Shown: piece by piece, positions 47,025 to 55,594 of the stretch
Layout of the letters: each line of letters opens with the position of its first letter
Position numbering within the stretch: the first letter of the stretch is position 1
Virus record (IMG/VR): IMGVR_UViG_3300032116_014939
Span: 178,065-242,064 of that record
Strand: one strand, 5' to 3'
Length of the DNA: 64,000 nt
Notes under the pieces: generated by a model
Database searches by the model: none
What the model saw: the letters and a program-made list of their open reading frames with translations, nothing else
Told to the model about the DNA's origin: nothing
Made by a program: the position numbers and the translations under genes

Positions 47025-47227
47025 AATTCAAGAATTGCCTTTTTACTAATTAAACTTTTCTTTAAGGAAACAATACTACATTCAAAGTCCAAAGAATATT
47101 GTGTTAATTCTTCAGAATTTTCATATTTTTTAACATAAAAATCAATCAGATTTTCGGCAGATTGAATTTGTCCAAAGTGGGTAATCGAACCAATTACCTT
47201 ACGTATCCATTGAAAGTCCCTATCCAT
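47021..47227 (-). CDS. hypothetical protein
   Basis: ATG at 47227, immediately downstream of a TATATTTG promoter element. Confidence 0.65.
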   Translation of the reverse strand: MDRDFQWIRKVIGSITHFGQIQSAENLIDFYVKKYENSEELTQYSLDFECSIVSLKKSLISKKAILEL

Positions 47228-47250
47228 AGGACAAATATACATAATCTTTC

Positions 47251-47634
47251 TTAATTATACAACAACGCAGTTAGTTGTGGATTACTTTTTTCGTACATAC
47301 GAATCATAATACCTGCTTCAGTATTAGCATAATTCTCTTGAGATTGGGTGTTAAACCCTTGTAACTTGATATTTCTTTGACGAGCAAACTCATGAACCCA
47401 CTCGTGAGCAACAGTTCTTAAAATGTCAATTAACATTCTTCCACCCGCAAGTACTTTAATTCTACCAGTGATTTCACTACCTGTGGTCATTTTACCAAAA
47501 CGTTCACCAAGAAGATGGATATCAACGTCTTTCTTAAGTGGAGAGTTTTTTTGACAAAATCTCAAAAAGTCCTGAATAACGTTTATTTCTTCAGAACCAA
47601 GCCCACTAGATTTATCATATAAATTTACTTTCAT
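47251..47634 (-). CDS. zincin-like (HExxH) protein
   Basis: 'LRTVAHEWVHE...ENYANTEAG'. Confidence 0.7.
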   Translation of the reverse strand: MKVNLYDKSSGLGSEEINVIQDFLRFCQKNSPLKKDVDIHLLGERFGKMTTGSEITGRIKVLAGGRMLIDILRTVAHEWVHEFARQRNIKLQGFNTQSQENYANTEAGIMIRMYEKSNPQLTALLYN

Positions 47635-47675
47635 CTTAACAATAAATATCTTATATTTCTTTTGTATATATAATT

Positions 47676-47945
47676 ATGAAAAAGAGTTTTTTTGAAAAAG
47701 TCCTAAACAAAACAAACAAAAAAGACATCGACCAATGGTTCGGTGAAAATTCTGAAATCAAAGTTACGGAATTTTCTCATTCAATTAGTCAGAAAAAAAA
47801 CATTTTATCAGTAAAATTATACCCATCAAATTATGAATACGCTATCGAACTTTTTCCGGAAGGCTTGGAAATTCTTGTCTTACATACTATCAAAAGTCTT
47901 TCACTTCCTGAGGATTATATATTAACAACATCTATAGAACACTAA
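47676..47945 (+). CDS. hypothetical protein
   Basis: 89-aa ORF. Confidence 0.7.
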   Translation: MKKSFFEKVLNKTNKKDIDQWFGENSEIKVTEFSHSISQKKNILSVKLYPSNYEYAIELFPEGLEILVLHTIKSLSLPEDYILTTSIEH

Positions 47946-47948
47946 ATT

Positions 47949-48302
47949 ATGGCACATCCAATAATCCATGCAAAATCATCCGTGAAAAAATTCGGAGGAA
48001 AATGGGAAGATTATATCCATTTACATGAATGGTTAGATGAAACAAAAGGTTGGTACGGACATTCATCTCACAGAATGTTTCGTCATCACTCTGAAGGTAT
48101 ATTTGAAATGGAACAACGTTTTGGTGCTGAATTTAAAAACAGTGATGGGAAAACTGTATACACCCGTTATGTCGGTGAACAACATGTTATGGAGGATTGT
48201 AACGGATATATCCCATCAGCAAAAGAATGGGTGTTAGCATTAGAAAATAAACAAAGACCTTTATGGATGATTAAAACCATGAAGTTAGAAATTGATGATT
48301 GA
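47949..48302 (+). CDS. DUF6915-like His-rich protein
   Basis: 'MAHPIIHAKSSVKKFGGKWEDYIHLHEWLDETK...RHHSEGIF...VGEQHVMED', recognised from memory of the family. Confidence 0.7.
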   Translation: MAHPIIHAKSSVKKFGGKWEDYIHLHEWLDETKGWYGHSSHRMFRHHSEGIFEMEQRFGAEFKNSDGKTVYTRYVGEQHVMEDCNGYIPSAKEWVLALENKQRPLWMIKTMKLEIDD

Positions 48303-48313
48303 TATTTATTATT

Positions 48314-49012
48314 ATGAAAGAATTATTAAATAACCCTGAAACTATAAAAAATTTTAAACTTTTACATTATATCCTATTAAGTAATGGTCTTACTCGTGTC
48401 AGTAATGACTTTTATGTTGATTACGACGGGAATGTTGATTATCACTTCTCACCTTGGACTAATAAAGGTGGAGCTTATGATATTATACCTAATAAATTAT
48501 TTGATTTTTTAGATAATTTTTTTGATTCTATTAAAGATGAAGTTTTAGATTCACTAGAAGGTGATGGTGACTCTAGAGCGACGGTATCATGTGAGTATTC
48601 AACAAGAGATAAAACTTTTACAATTGATGAAAGTATTCAAACTATGGGTTATGAATCATATTACCAAGAGTTTGAAATTGACGAAAAGGAATTACTTGAG
48701 GATATGGTTCAGTGGAAAGAAGATGGTAAACTTAAAATTAGAGTTGATTTTAGTGGTTCAGGTGATTCAGGTTATATTGATGACGTTGGTCTAATCAATG
48801 ATACTGATGACAAACATTATGAATTTACAGCGGTTTGGGAAAATAAGTTATACAACATTTTGGAGCAAAATCATGGTGGATGGGAAATAAATGAAGGTTC
48901 TGAGGGAACATTTATAATTAACAATGAAAACCAAACAATAGAATTAGATTTTCGTATGAATGTTGAACAATCTTCAACAGGTTACGAATTTAAACACCAA
49001 TTTGAGTTTTAA
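48314..49012 (+). CDS. DUF6878-like acidic protein
   Basis: 'VDFSGSGDSGYID...GGWEINEGSEGTF'; TATTTAT at 48303-48309. Confidence 0.65.
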   Translation: MKELLNNPETIKNFKLLHYILLSNGLTRVSNDFYVDYDGNVDYHFSPWTNKGGAYDIIPNKLFDFLDNFFDSIKDEVLDSLEGDGDSRATVSCEYSTRDKTFTIDESIQTMGYESYYQEFEIDEKELLEDMVQWKEDGKLKIRVDFSGSGDSGYIDDVGLINDTDDKHYEFTAVWENKLYNILEQNHGGWEINEGSEGTFIINNENQTIELDFRMNVEQSSTGYEFKHQFEF

Positions 49013-49326
49013 TAAACCTGAATAGTTCTTTGCGGTCTGTCATCACCAAAGTCAGGACAGAAATAAACATTGTTACCATCGTGGTAAATTGTTCCACCAA
49101 CTCCATTAGGAATTTTGTGTTTTTCATGGAATTTATCATCCAAATCTATTTGGTGATTTCCATCATGAATAACAAAACATAAGTTTTCAAAACCACACTT
49201 ATATTGTTGGTCTTTGTTTTTATGTTTCATAAACTCGTCAAAAGACATTACGTATCTTGCATCTTCGTTAAGGTATCTTTTAACTATAAATTCTAATTGA
49301 CTTTCTGTAATAATAAACTTTTTCAT
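49009..49326 (-). CDS. leader-bearing small protein
   Basis: MKKFIITESQLEFIVKRYLNE leader. Confidence 0.75.
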   Translation of the reverse strand: MKKFIITESQLEFIVKRYLNEDARYVMSFDEFMKHKNKDQQYKCGFENLCFVIHDGNHQIDLDDKFHEKHKIPNGVGGTIYHDGNNVYFCPDFGDDRPQRTIQVY

Positions 49327-49344
49327 ATACTATAAATATAAGGG

Positions 49345-51132
49345 TTAAGAATAAATTCCTTGACTATAAATTTTCCATTCTTTTTCTCTTCGGTCTCTAT
49401 GACTAAAATCTAAAAAGTTAATTTTAACTGAATTAGAATTTGGATTCATTTTTAAAGAAGTACTTAATTTTGGGGCCTTTGTTGTACAACCCGCAAATCC
49501 AACTTGATAACATAATGATGATAATGCATCAACTTGTTTTTGATTTAAATTAGGATATATTGCTAATAACTTACCTGCCAATTTATTTAAAGCAGTTTTT
49601 AAATACGTTTTAGCAATATCTTTTGTTATTGATGGGTCTTTAGGTGATACTTTTCTACCATCAGGGTAATAAACCGTACCATAACCAATTGTCGGGGTTC
49701 CAGATGGAACTCTACCTTTTAAACAACAATCAGATTCTCCTCTAATACATTTACCACCTTTAGCATCATCATAAACACAAGGAACAAAAAACTCAATATT
49801 ACCAACAAAATTTACAAGATTATCTGAAACACCTGTAGGTTTTTGATTGGTTTTCTCATTTTTTTTAGATATTTCACTTGAGGCTTTTTGAAGACCGGAT
49901 TTAATTGTTTTATTTATATCACTAACAACACCTCCCGAATCTGGTTTCATTTGGTCTTTTGGTTGACCCATAGAAGACCATTTATCCATAAAATTTGGTT
50001 CTTTATTTGATTGGTTAAAACCCATAGTTTTATTAATGTCATCAAAAACTGATTGCTCATTAATATTTGGTTTTAACACAGTCATTGCTTCAGGAAAATC
50101 CTTATTTAAAACATCCTCATCTTTATTTGTATAAGGAATATTCTGTAAAACATATCTAATTGAATTTAAACCTGAAATCTTTTTATCGTTAGAATCCAAA
50201 ACAACCCAAGGATGGTTTACAGTGGATGTTTTATCAAAAAGTTTTTGTTTATACTCTGTAAACTTTTCCCACACATCTTGCATTTTTTCATCATTCTCAG
50301 AATACTTCCAATATTTCAATGGTGACTTTTGTCTAAAATCAAATCTTTTAGCCTGAGTTTCTTTATCTATTGAGAACCAAAGTTTGAATAGATAATCACC
50401 GTCAATAACTAATGACTCCTCAAAGTCCTGAACATTATCCATAAAGTCTTCATATTCATCTGAAGAACCATAACCCATAACAGGTTCCACTAAACCTCTA
50501 TTATACCAACTTCTATCAAAGAAGTTTATCTTACCTTTCTCAATTTGATTTCTGTATCTATCCCACCAGTTCTTTCTTTCATCGGGTGTAGGAATACCAA
50601 GAGCAATAACTTTATAATATCTTGGATTTAAGTTTTCAGTAAACTTTTTAATTGTTGAACCTTTACCTGCAGAATCTCTTCCTTCAAAAACAATAATAAC
50701 AGTTTTACCTGTTTGTTTTAACCATTCCTGTAGTTTTAATAATTCAACCTGAAGGAAAAATAATTCTTTCTTATAAATGTCCTTATCTAATATTGATGGC
50801 TCTTCTTCAGGACTAACAACTTCTTTTTTAGTTTTTCTTTTTTCTAATGATTTAGTTAGTTGTTTGAAAAATTCAAAAATATTAATGTCTTTACTACCTT
50901 TTAATTTTAAAGTTTTTAAAATACCTCTTGTAACTAATCCAAAATCAACTAAGCCATCTTTTGAATATTCTTCAATCTTATTAATGAATTTTTGAATTTG
51001 AGCACTATATACTTTGTTATCTTTTAAAACCGCAACAAGAGATTTAACCTCAGGGCTATACTTTGGTTTGTCAGCTTCTGTCAAACCCATTATGTTTTTC
51101 ATCTTACTAACTTCAGTTAATAAATTCCTCAT
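49345..51132 (-). CDS. ppk2: polyphosphate kinase 2 fused to a C-terminal GH24 (phage-type) lysozyme
   Basis: PPK2 Walker A 'FEGRDSAGKGSTIK', Walker B 'FDRSWYNR', lid 'RQKSPLKYWK'; lysozyme 'IEFFVPCVYDD...TPTIGYG', 'LNQKQVDALSSLCYQVG', 'RREKE'. Confidence 0.88.
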   Translation of the reverse strand: MRNLLTEVSKMKNIMGLTEADKPKYSPEVKSLVAVLKDNKVYSAQIQKFINKIEEYSKDGLVDFGLVTRGILKTLKLKGSKDINIFEFFKQLTKSLEKRKTKKEVVSPEEEPSILDKDIYKKELFFLQVELLKLQEWLKQTGKTVIIVFEGRDSAGKGSTIKKFTENLNPRYYKVIALGIPTPDERKNWWDRYRNQIEKGKINFFDRSWYNRGLVEPVMGYGSSDEYEDFMDNVQDFEESLVIDGDYLFKLWFSIDKETQAKRFDFRQKSPLKYWKYSENDEKMQDVWEKFTEYKQKLFDKTSTVNHPWVVLDSNDKKISGLNSIRYVLQNIPYTNKDEDVLNKDFPEAMTVLKPNINEQSVFDDINKTMGFNQSNKEPNFMDKWSSMGQPKDQMKPDSGGVVSDINKTIKSGLQKASSEISKKNEKTNQKPTGVSDNLVNFVGNIEFFVPCVYDDAKGGKCIRGESDCCLKGRVPSGTPTIGYGTVYYPDGRKVSPKDPSITKDIAKTYLKTALNKLAGKLLAIYPNLNQKQVDALSSLCYQVGFAGCTTKAPKLSTSLKMNPNSNSVKINFLDFSHRDRREKEWKIYSQGIYS

Positions 51133-51168
51133 ACTGATAAATACTTTTTAATAAATATTTTGTTAATG

Positions 51169-51199
51169 TTGATTATTTTTAATAAAACGCATATATTTA
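51169..51199 (+). promoter_or_regulatory. host-type promoter for the leader-peptide/AsnRS-like unit
   Basis: TTG (51169-51171), 20 bp, TATATTTA (51192-51199); one mismatch to TAnnTTTG. Confidence 0.55.
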
Positions 51200-51205
51200 A
51201 TTTTA

Positions 51206-51274
51206 ATGGTAACAAAAAAAGTTAAAAGAAAACTACGAAATTTAAACAACAATAATATTTTTAAGAAATCCTGA
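51206..51274 (+). CDS. Asn-rich attenuator leader peptide (not in ORF track)
   Basis: MVTKKVKRKLRNLNNNNIFKKS*; AAT TTA AAC AAC AAT AAT at 51239-51256. Confidence 0.72.
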   Translation: MVTKKVKRKLRNLNNNNIFKKS

Positions 51275-51294
51275 CATTTGTCAGGATTTTTTTT
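51266..51294 (+). terminator. attenuator-type intrinsic terminator overlapping the leader stop codon
   Basis: AAATCCTGAC-attt-GTCAGGATTT followed by TTTTT, 35 nt upstream of the AsnRS-like ATG and on the same strand. Confidence 0.85.
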
Positions 51295-51329
51295 GCCCTT
51301 TTAATAAATAAAATAAAAAAAAACAAAAA

Positions 51330-52154
51330 ATGAAAAACACAGAAACTTACAACGAGTTAGTTCAAAAGATGAGAACATTCTTCCAAAACAAAGGTTTTAA
51401 AGAAGTTCCAACTCAATCAAGATTATCAATCTTGGCGGCGTGTGAAAATCCACACTCAATAACAACATTCAATTATCAAGGAGAAGTATGGCCACTACCA
51501 CAGACGGGTCAAATGTGGTTAGAATACGAACTTCTTAAGAATCCTGAATGGAACGGTGTCTATTGTATTTCAACGTCTTATAGACAAGAAAAAGACCCAA
51601 TTCCAGGTCGTCACGAAATGATTTTTCCAATGTTTGAATTCGAATCAAAAGGTGGAATGAAAGAAATGTTAAAACTTGAATCTGAACTTTTAGATTATTT
51701 AGGTTTTGATTCACCTGTAGAAGTTAACTACGATGATGTATGTGAAGAGTACGGTGGAGTTTCAATTTTAGAAAACGAACACGAAACAAGAATGTGGGAA
51801 GAAAAAGGTTCAGTCGTCTCACTTCAAAATTTCCCATACAGAACAAACCCATTTTGGAACATGAGAGAAAGTGAAAACAAAATATTCAACAAAGTTGATG
51901 TAATTCTTTACGGACAAGAAACAATTGGTTCCGCAGAAAGAAGTTCTAACGTAGAAGAAATGAAAAATAACTTCTACACAATAGAAAATGGAAAATATTC
52001 TGAAAAACTTTTTGAACTATTCGGAAAAGAAAGAGTTGAGAAGGAATTAGAAGAATTCTTATCTCATGATTTCTTCCCAAGATTTGGTGGTGGGATTGGG
52101 ATGACCCGTTTAGCAAGAGCTTACGAACTACTACAACAAGAAGTAACAGTATAA
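51330..52154 (+). CDS. class IIb aaRS catalytic-core paralog (AsnRS-like, probable asparagine synthetase)
   Basis: Motif 2 'STSYRQE...RHEMIFPMFEFE' and motif 3 'RFGGGIGMTRL'; 274 aa with no anticodon-binding OB domain. Confidence 0.8.
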   Translation: MKNTETYNELVQKMRTFFQNKGFKEVPTQSRLSILAACENPHSITTFNYQGEVWPLPQTGQMWLEYELLKNPEWNGVYCISTSYRQEKDPIPGRHEMIFPMFEFESKGGMKEMLKLESELLDYLGFDSPVEVNYDDVCEEYGGVSILENEHETRMWEEKGSVVSLQNFPYRTNPFWNMRESENKIFNKVDVILYGQETIGSAERSSNVEEMKNNFYTIENGKYSEKLFELFGKERVEKELEEFLSHDFFPRFGGGIGMTRLARAYELLQQEVTV

Positions 52155-52159
52155 ACCAT

Positions 52160-52187
52160 AAATCCCCTCATTAGAGGGGATTTTTTT
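52160..52187. terminator. bidirectional intrinsic terminator
   Basis: AAATCCCCTC-atta-GAGGGGATTTTTTT. Confidence 0.85.
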
Positions 52188-52350
52188 ATTCTTTAATCTC
52201 TTTCATCAACTTACCCCACAAAGCTGTCTGTAATAGGATAAGACCAACACTTAAAACAAATACAGGTAATGATGGTGAGCTAACCATTAATACAACTGAT
52301 AATACAAGAGCGAACATTGCTGAAGTCAATTTTAGTTTTAAGTTTTTCAT
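52186..52350 (-). CDS. 54-aa two-TM membrane peptide (not in ORF track)
   Basis: MKNLKLKLTSAMFALVLSVVLMVSSPSLPVFVLSVGLILLQTALWGKLMKEIKE; TATATTTG upstream. Confidence 0.7.
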   Translation of the reverse strand: MKNLKLKLTSAMFALVLSVVLMVSSPSLPVFVLSVGLILLQTALWGKLMKEIKE

Positions 52351-52430
52351 AGTGGTGTCGGTGTTAATTGTTCTACAAATATAAACAAAAAAACTCCCAA
52401 TCGGGAGTTTTTCATTATTTTTTTTTTAAA

Positions 52431-52847
52431 TTAATATCTTCTTGTTTTTCTTCTGATATTTTCAGCCATTGGCTTCATTGGTTCTTCATCTTCAATATCC
52501 ATATTATCAACTTCAACTTCAGAATCCATTTCTTCACCTGAATTCATTTTATTACTTTCATAATCTTGGATGATAGACTTAAGTTCCATCGCCTCTTGTT
52601 CTTTTCCTTCAGTTTTTCTTAAATGACGATAAAAATCCTTAAGATAATCCCATCCTGCTATACCTAAAAGTGCAATAGTTGTACCAACCATTGTAGCAAT
52701 CGCCCCACCTGTACTCATAGCCTCAGGATTAAAGAAGTTTTCAACCGCTTCATTAACTCCATTTTTTTTATTTCTTTTTGTTTCTTTAACTACTGTTTTA
52801 ATTAAGTTAGTTAATTCTGATTCTGACAATCTTACTACTTTTTTCAT
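52431..52847 (-). CDS. leader-bearing protein with one TM segment
   Basis: MKKVVRLSESELTNLIKTVVKE leader; 'AIATMVGTTIALLGIAGW'. Confidence 0.75.
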   Translation of the reverse strand: MKKVVRLSESELTNLIKTVVKETKRNKKNGVNEAVENFFNPEAMSTGGAIATMVGTTIALLGIAGWDYLKDFYRHLRKTEGKEQEAMELKSIIQDYESNKMNSGEEMDSEVEVDNMDIEDEEPMKPMAENIRRKTRRY

Positions 52848-52865
52848 TTTTTTGTTTTTTTTATT

Positions 52866-53441
52866 TTATCTTGGAGCACCTCTATATGATGCATTTGGTT
52901 TAATTGGTACTACATAATCAGGGGTTCCTTTATAAGTACAAAACGGTCTTGATGTAATTACTTTTGCTAAATCGTTATTTAGATAATCTTCTTTAATTCC
53001 ACCTTTTCTTTTGAAAGGTTCACCAATAGCACCTAATCCTTTTTCAAATGCCGAGTTACAATTCCATCTGAATTTAATAGGTTCACTATATCTTTTTTTA
53101 TCTCTATTTAAAAAAGTACCTGTATAACCCTCAACGTCCGAACCTGTAATATCTTGGACTGTAAATTCAACTGTTGGTAAATTATTAATCGTTGTTATTC
53201 CAACTTGTTTTATTTTATAGTTTTCAGAAGTTCTTTTACCTTTAAACATCCCACTTTCACCTGTATATTTGTTTAAACCATAAGCATTAAACATAAGAAC
53301 TTCAGAACCTGTAAGACCTGATACTTCCTTACGAAATTGTTCAGGTGTTTTTGCAGTTAAATCATCGTTTTCTTTTATAACTTTTTTAATTAAATTAATA
53401 AGTTCATTTTCTGTTAATCTAATAACTTTTTCTTTTTTCAT
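52866..53441 (-). CDS. leader-bearing hypothetical protein
   Basis: MKKEKVIRLTENELINLIKKVIKEN leader. Confidence 0.75.
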   Translation of the reverse strand: MKKEKVIRLTENELINLIKKVIKENDDLTAKTPEQFRKEVSGLTGSEVLMFNAYGLNKYTGESGMFKGKRTSENYKIKQVGITTINNLPTVEFTVQDITGSDVEGYTGTFLNRDKKRYSEPIKFRWNCNSAFEKGLGAIGEPFKRKGGIKEDYLNNDLAKVITSRPFCTYKGTPDYVVPIKPNASYRGAPR

Positions 53442-53525
53442 AAAAAATTCTTTTTTATCTATATAAATACAAAGAAAATTAACTTTTACACTTTTTTATA
53501 TCAAAAAAAAATAATATAATTGTAC

Positions 53526-53951
53526 ATGAGTAAAATTAAAAACGGTGATAATGTATCTGTTCATTATACAGGTAAATTAGAAGATGGTACAGTATTCGAC
53601 ACATCTTTAGCTGAGGGTAGAGAACCTCTGACAGTAACTTTAGGTCAAGGACAGTTAATTCCAGGTTTTGAAAATGGATTAATTGATATGACTATTGGCG
53701 AAATGAAAACAATTGAAATTGAGCCAGAAAATGCTTACGGAGATATTAATCCTCAACTTGTTAGTGAAGTGTTACTAACCCAAGTCCCTGAAGGTGTTAA
53801 AGCTGGGGATATGTTACAAGGACAAAACCAATTTGGCCCTGTTAACGTTGTAGTTAAAGAAATTAAAGAAGAAACAGTCGTTTTGGATATGAACCATCCA
53901 TTAGCGGGTAAGAAACTTATCTTTGATTTAGAAGTTGTGTCAGTAAATTAA
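53526..53951 (+). CDS. FKBP-type peptidyl-prolyl isomerase (SlyD/FkpB-like)
   Basis: 'VSVHYTGKLEDGTVFDTS', 'LIPGFENGL', 'LDMNHPLAGKKLIFDLEVV'. Confidence 0.93.
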   Translation: MSKIKNGDNVSVHYTGKLEDGTVFDTSLAEGREPLTVTLGQGQLIPGFENGLIDMTIGEMKTIEIEPENAYGDINPQLVSEVLLTQVPEGVKAGDMLQGQNQFGPVNVVVKEIKEETVVLDMNHPLAGKKLIFDLEVVSVN

Positions 53952-54015
53952 TACAATTTCATTTATTTTTCAAAACATCCCACTCATTGTGGGATTTTTT
54001 GTTTATATTAGCATT

Positions 54016-54552
54016 ATGAATATCTTCTTTTTGGATTGGGATACTAAAAAATGTGCAGAATATCATTGTGATAAACATGTAGTTAAGATGATATTGGAAA
54101 CTGCCCAACTTTTGTGTGGTGCCCACCAAGTACCCACCAAGTACCGACCAAGTACCGACCAAGTACCGTACAAGTTATCACACAAAAATCATCCTTGTGC
54201 TATTTGGACTCGTGAATCACTTTCCAACTATCTTTATCTTTGTGACTTAGGACTTGAGTTGTGTAAAGAATACACTTATAGATATGGGAAACGTCATAAA
54301 TCTCAAGATGTAATTGAATGGTGTGTTACAAATAAGTTAAATATTTGTGACAAAGGTTTTACAGAACCACCAAAAGCAATGCCTGATGAATATAAAGTCA
54401 CAGACGTTATAGAATCATATAGAAACTACTATAATGGAGCTAAAAAAGATTTTGCTAAATGGAAAAATAGAAATACACCTGAATGGTTTATCCATTCATC
54501 AATTGTTGCATCTGAGCAACCAATTGTCCCTGTTGCATCTGAAGTACTCTAA
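54016..54552 (+). CDS. pyrimidine-dimer DNA glycosylase family (DenV-like) protein
   Basis: 'MNIFFLDWDTKKCAEYHCDKHVVKMILETAQLL', 'HKNHPCAIW', 'PPKAMPDEYK', 'YRNYY'. Confidence 0.8.
   Translation: MNIFFLDWDTKKCAEYHCDKHVVKMILETAQLLCGAHQVPTKYRPSTDQVPYKLSHKNHPCAIWTRESLSNYLYLCDLGLELCKEYTYRYGKRHKSQDVIEWCVTNKLNICDKGFTEPPKAMPDEYKVTDVIESYRNYYNGAKKDFAKWKNRNTPEWFIHSSIVASEQPIVPVASEVL
54125..54168 (+). repeat. four tandem 11-bp units ACCAAGTACC(C/G) inside the glycosylase gene
   Basis: Units start at 54125, 54136, 54147 and 54158. Confidence 0.95.
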
Positions 54553-54676
54553 TTCTACCCATTTGTTCATTATTTAATTCAAAATCCTCAGATTTAATTT
54601 CATTAATTTTATTATCCAAACGAGTGTGTTGTGATAATAAATTACTATACAATTGTGATTTTTGTTCTTGTGTCAT
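54488..54676 (-). CDS. small coiled-coil protein
   Basis: 62 aa; overlaps the 3' end of the convergent glycosylase gene by 65 bp. Confidence 0.65.
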   Translation of the reverse strand: MTQEQKSQLYSNLLSQHTRLDNKINEIKSEDFELNNEQMGRIRVLQMQQGQLVAQMQQLMNG

Positions 54677-54714
54677 AAAATAAAAATAAAAATAAATTTA
54701 AAAAAATAAATGGA

Positions 54715-55062
54715 TTACCAATCAATTCCAGGCCCAAATTCCCTTTCATCAATAATATCGTTTATATATAATTCAATATTGGGTAACAAATCTTCTATCC
54801 TATATTGAATTTCCGCCCTGATATTATCAAAATCACTTCTATTTTGTGACTTGTAGATATCAACGTAAACTTTTATTTTATCTGATAGTGTGATATAATT
54901 AATTTTAATCTTATCAATAGATTGAACTTCGTGTAATTCATCCATCTCACCCATTCCCCATTCTTCAGATTCTTCCCTTAAACTATCTAATTTAGAATTT
55001 ATCAATCCCTGAATTAAATTTTTTGTTTTTTCTAATTGTTTTTGGTCTATGATATATTTCAT
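54715..55062 (-). CDS. MKYII-leader protein
   Basis: 115 aa; TATTTAT upstream. Confidence 0.7.
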   Translation of the reverse strand: MKYIIDQKQLEKTKNLIQGLINSKLDSLREESEEWGMGEMDELHEVQSIDKIKINYITLSDKIKVYVDIYKSQNRSDFDNIRAEIQYRIEDLLPNIELYINDIIDEREFGPGIDW

Positions 55063-55114
55063 ATATTATAAATACAAATGAAAATAAAAAACCCCACTTG
55101 TGGTGGGGTTTTGA

Positions 55115-55573
55115 TTACTTCAAGTTAGTATTGTCTTCGACAAAATTATCCACTTTATCTTTAAAAATCATATATGCCAAAGTTTGAACTCCAATAGCAG
55201 TTAAAAACTTTGGTATGTCTTTTTTAAATTCATTAGCTTGTTGTTTTAAACTTCTTTTTACTTTTTTAAGTAATTTTTTTAACCATTTAGGATTGGTTTG
55301 TTTCAATTCCAAAAAGTAAGCTTTAACTTCATCTTTATCTTTACCAACTAAAGAATTAATTGCGTTATCAATATTATCTTCAGGAGCGGTTTCCATCTTA
55401 GCTTCAAAACTTTTTTTATCAAGAGTTGATTCTGTAATATATGGTTTAACATCACCTGATTTTGTTTCAATCAATTTTTTAAAATTTTCAATAACAATTT
55501 TTTTACCACCTTCGTGTTGTTCACGAATTGAGTTTTTTACTTCTTCCGATAAATCGTTTAATAAATGTTTCAT
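55115..55573 (-). CDS. leader-bearing hypothetical protein
   Basis: 'MKHLLNDLSEEVKNSIREQH...YITES' resembles the N-terminus of the 40342-40803 protein. Confidence 0.7.
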   Translation of the reverse strand: MKHLLNDLSEEVKNSIREQHEGGKKIVIENFKKLIETKSGDVKPYITESTLDKKSFEAKMETAPEDNIDNAINSLVGKDKDEVKAYFLELKQTNPKWLKKLLKKVKRSLKQQANEFKKDIPKFLTAIGVQTLAYMIFKDKVDNFVEDNTNLK

Positions 55574-55594
55574 AGTTTTTTATTTATAAATATA

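Noticed and set aside
51330-52154. Functional aminoacyl-tRNA synthetase or EpmA
   Set aside because: There is no anticodon-binding domain, and the Asn-rich leader favours an Asn-related enzyme; EpmA is not formally excluded without a phylogeny.
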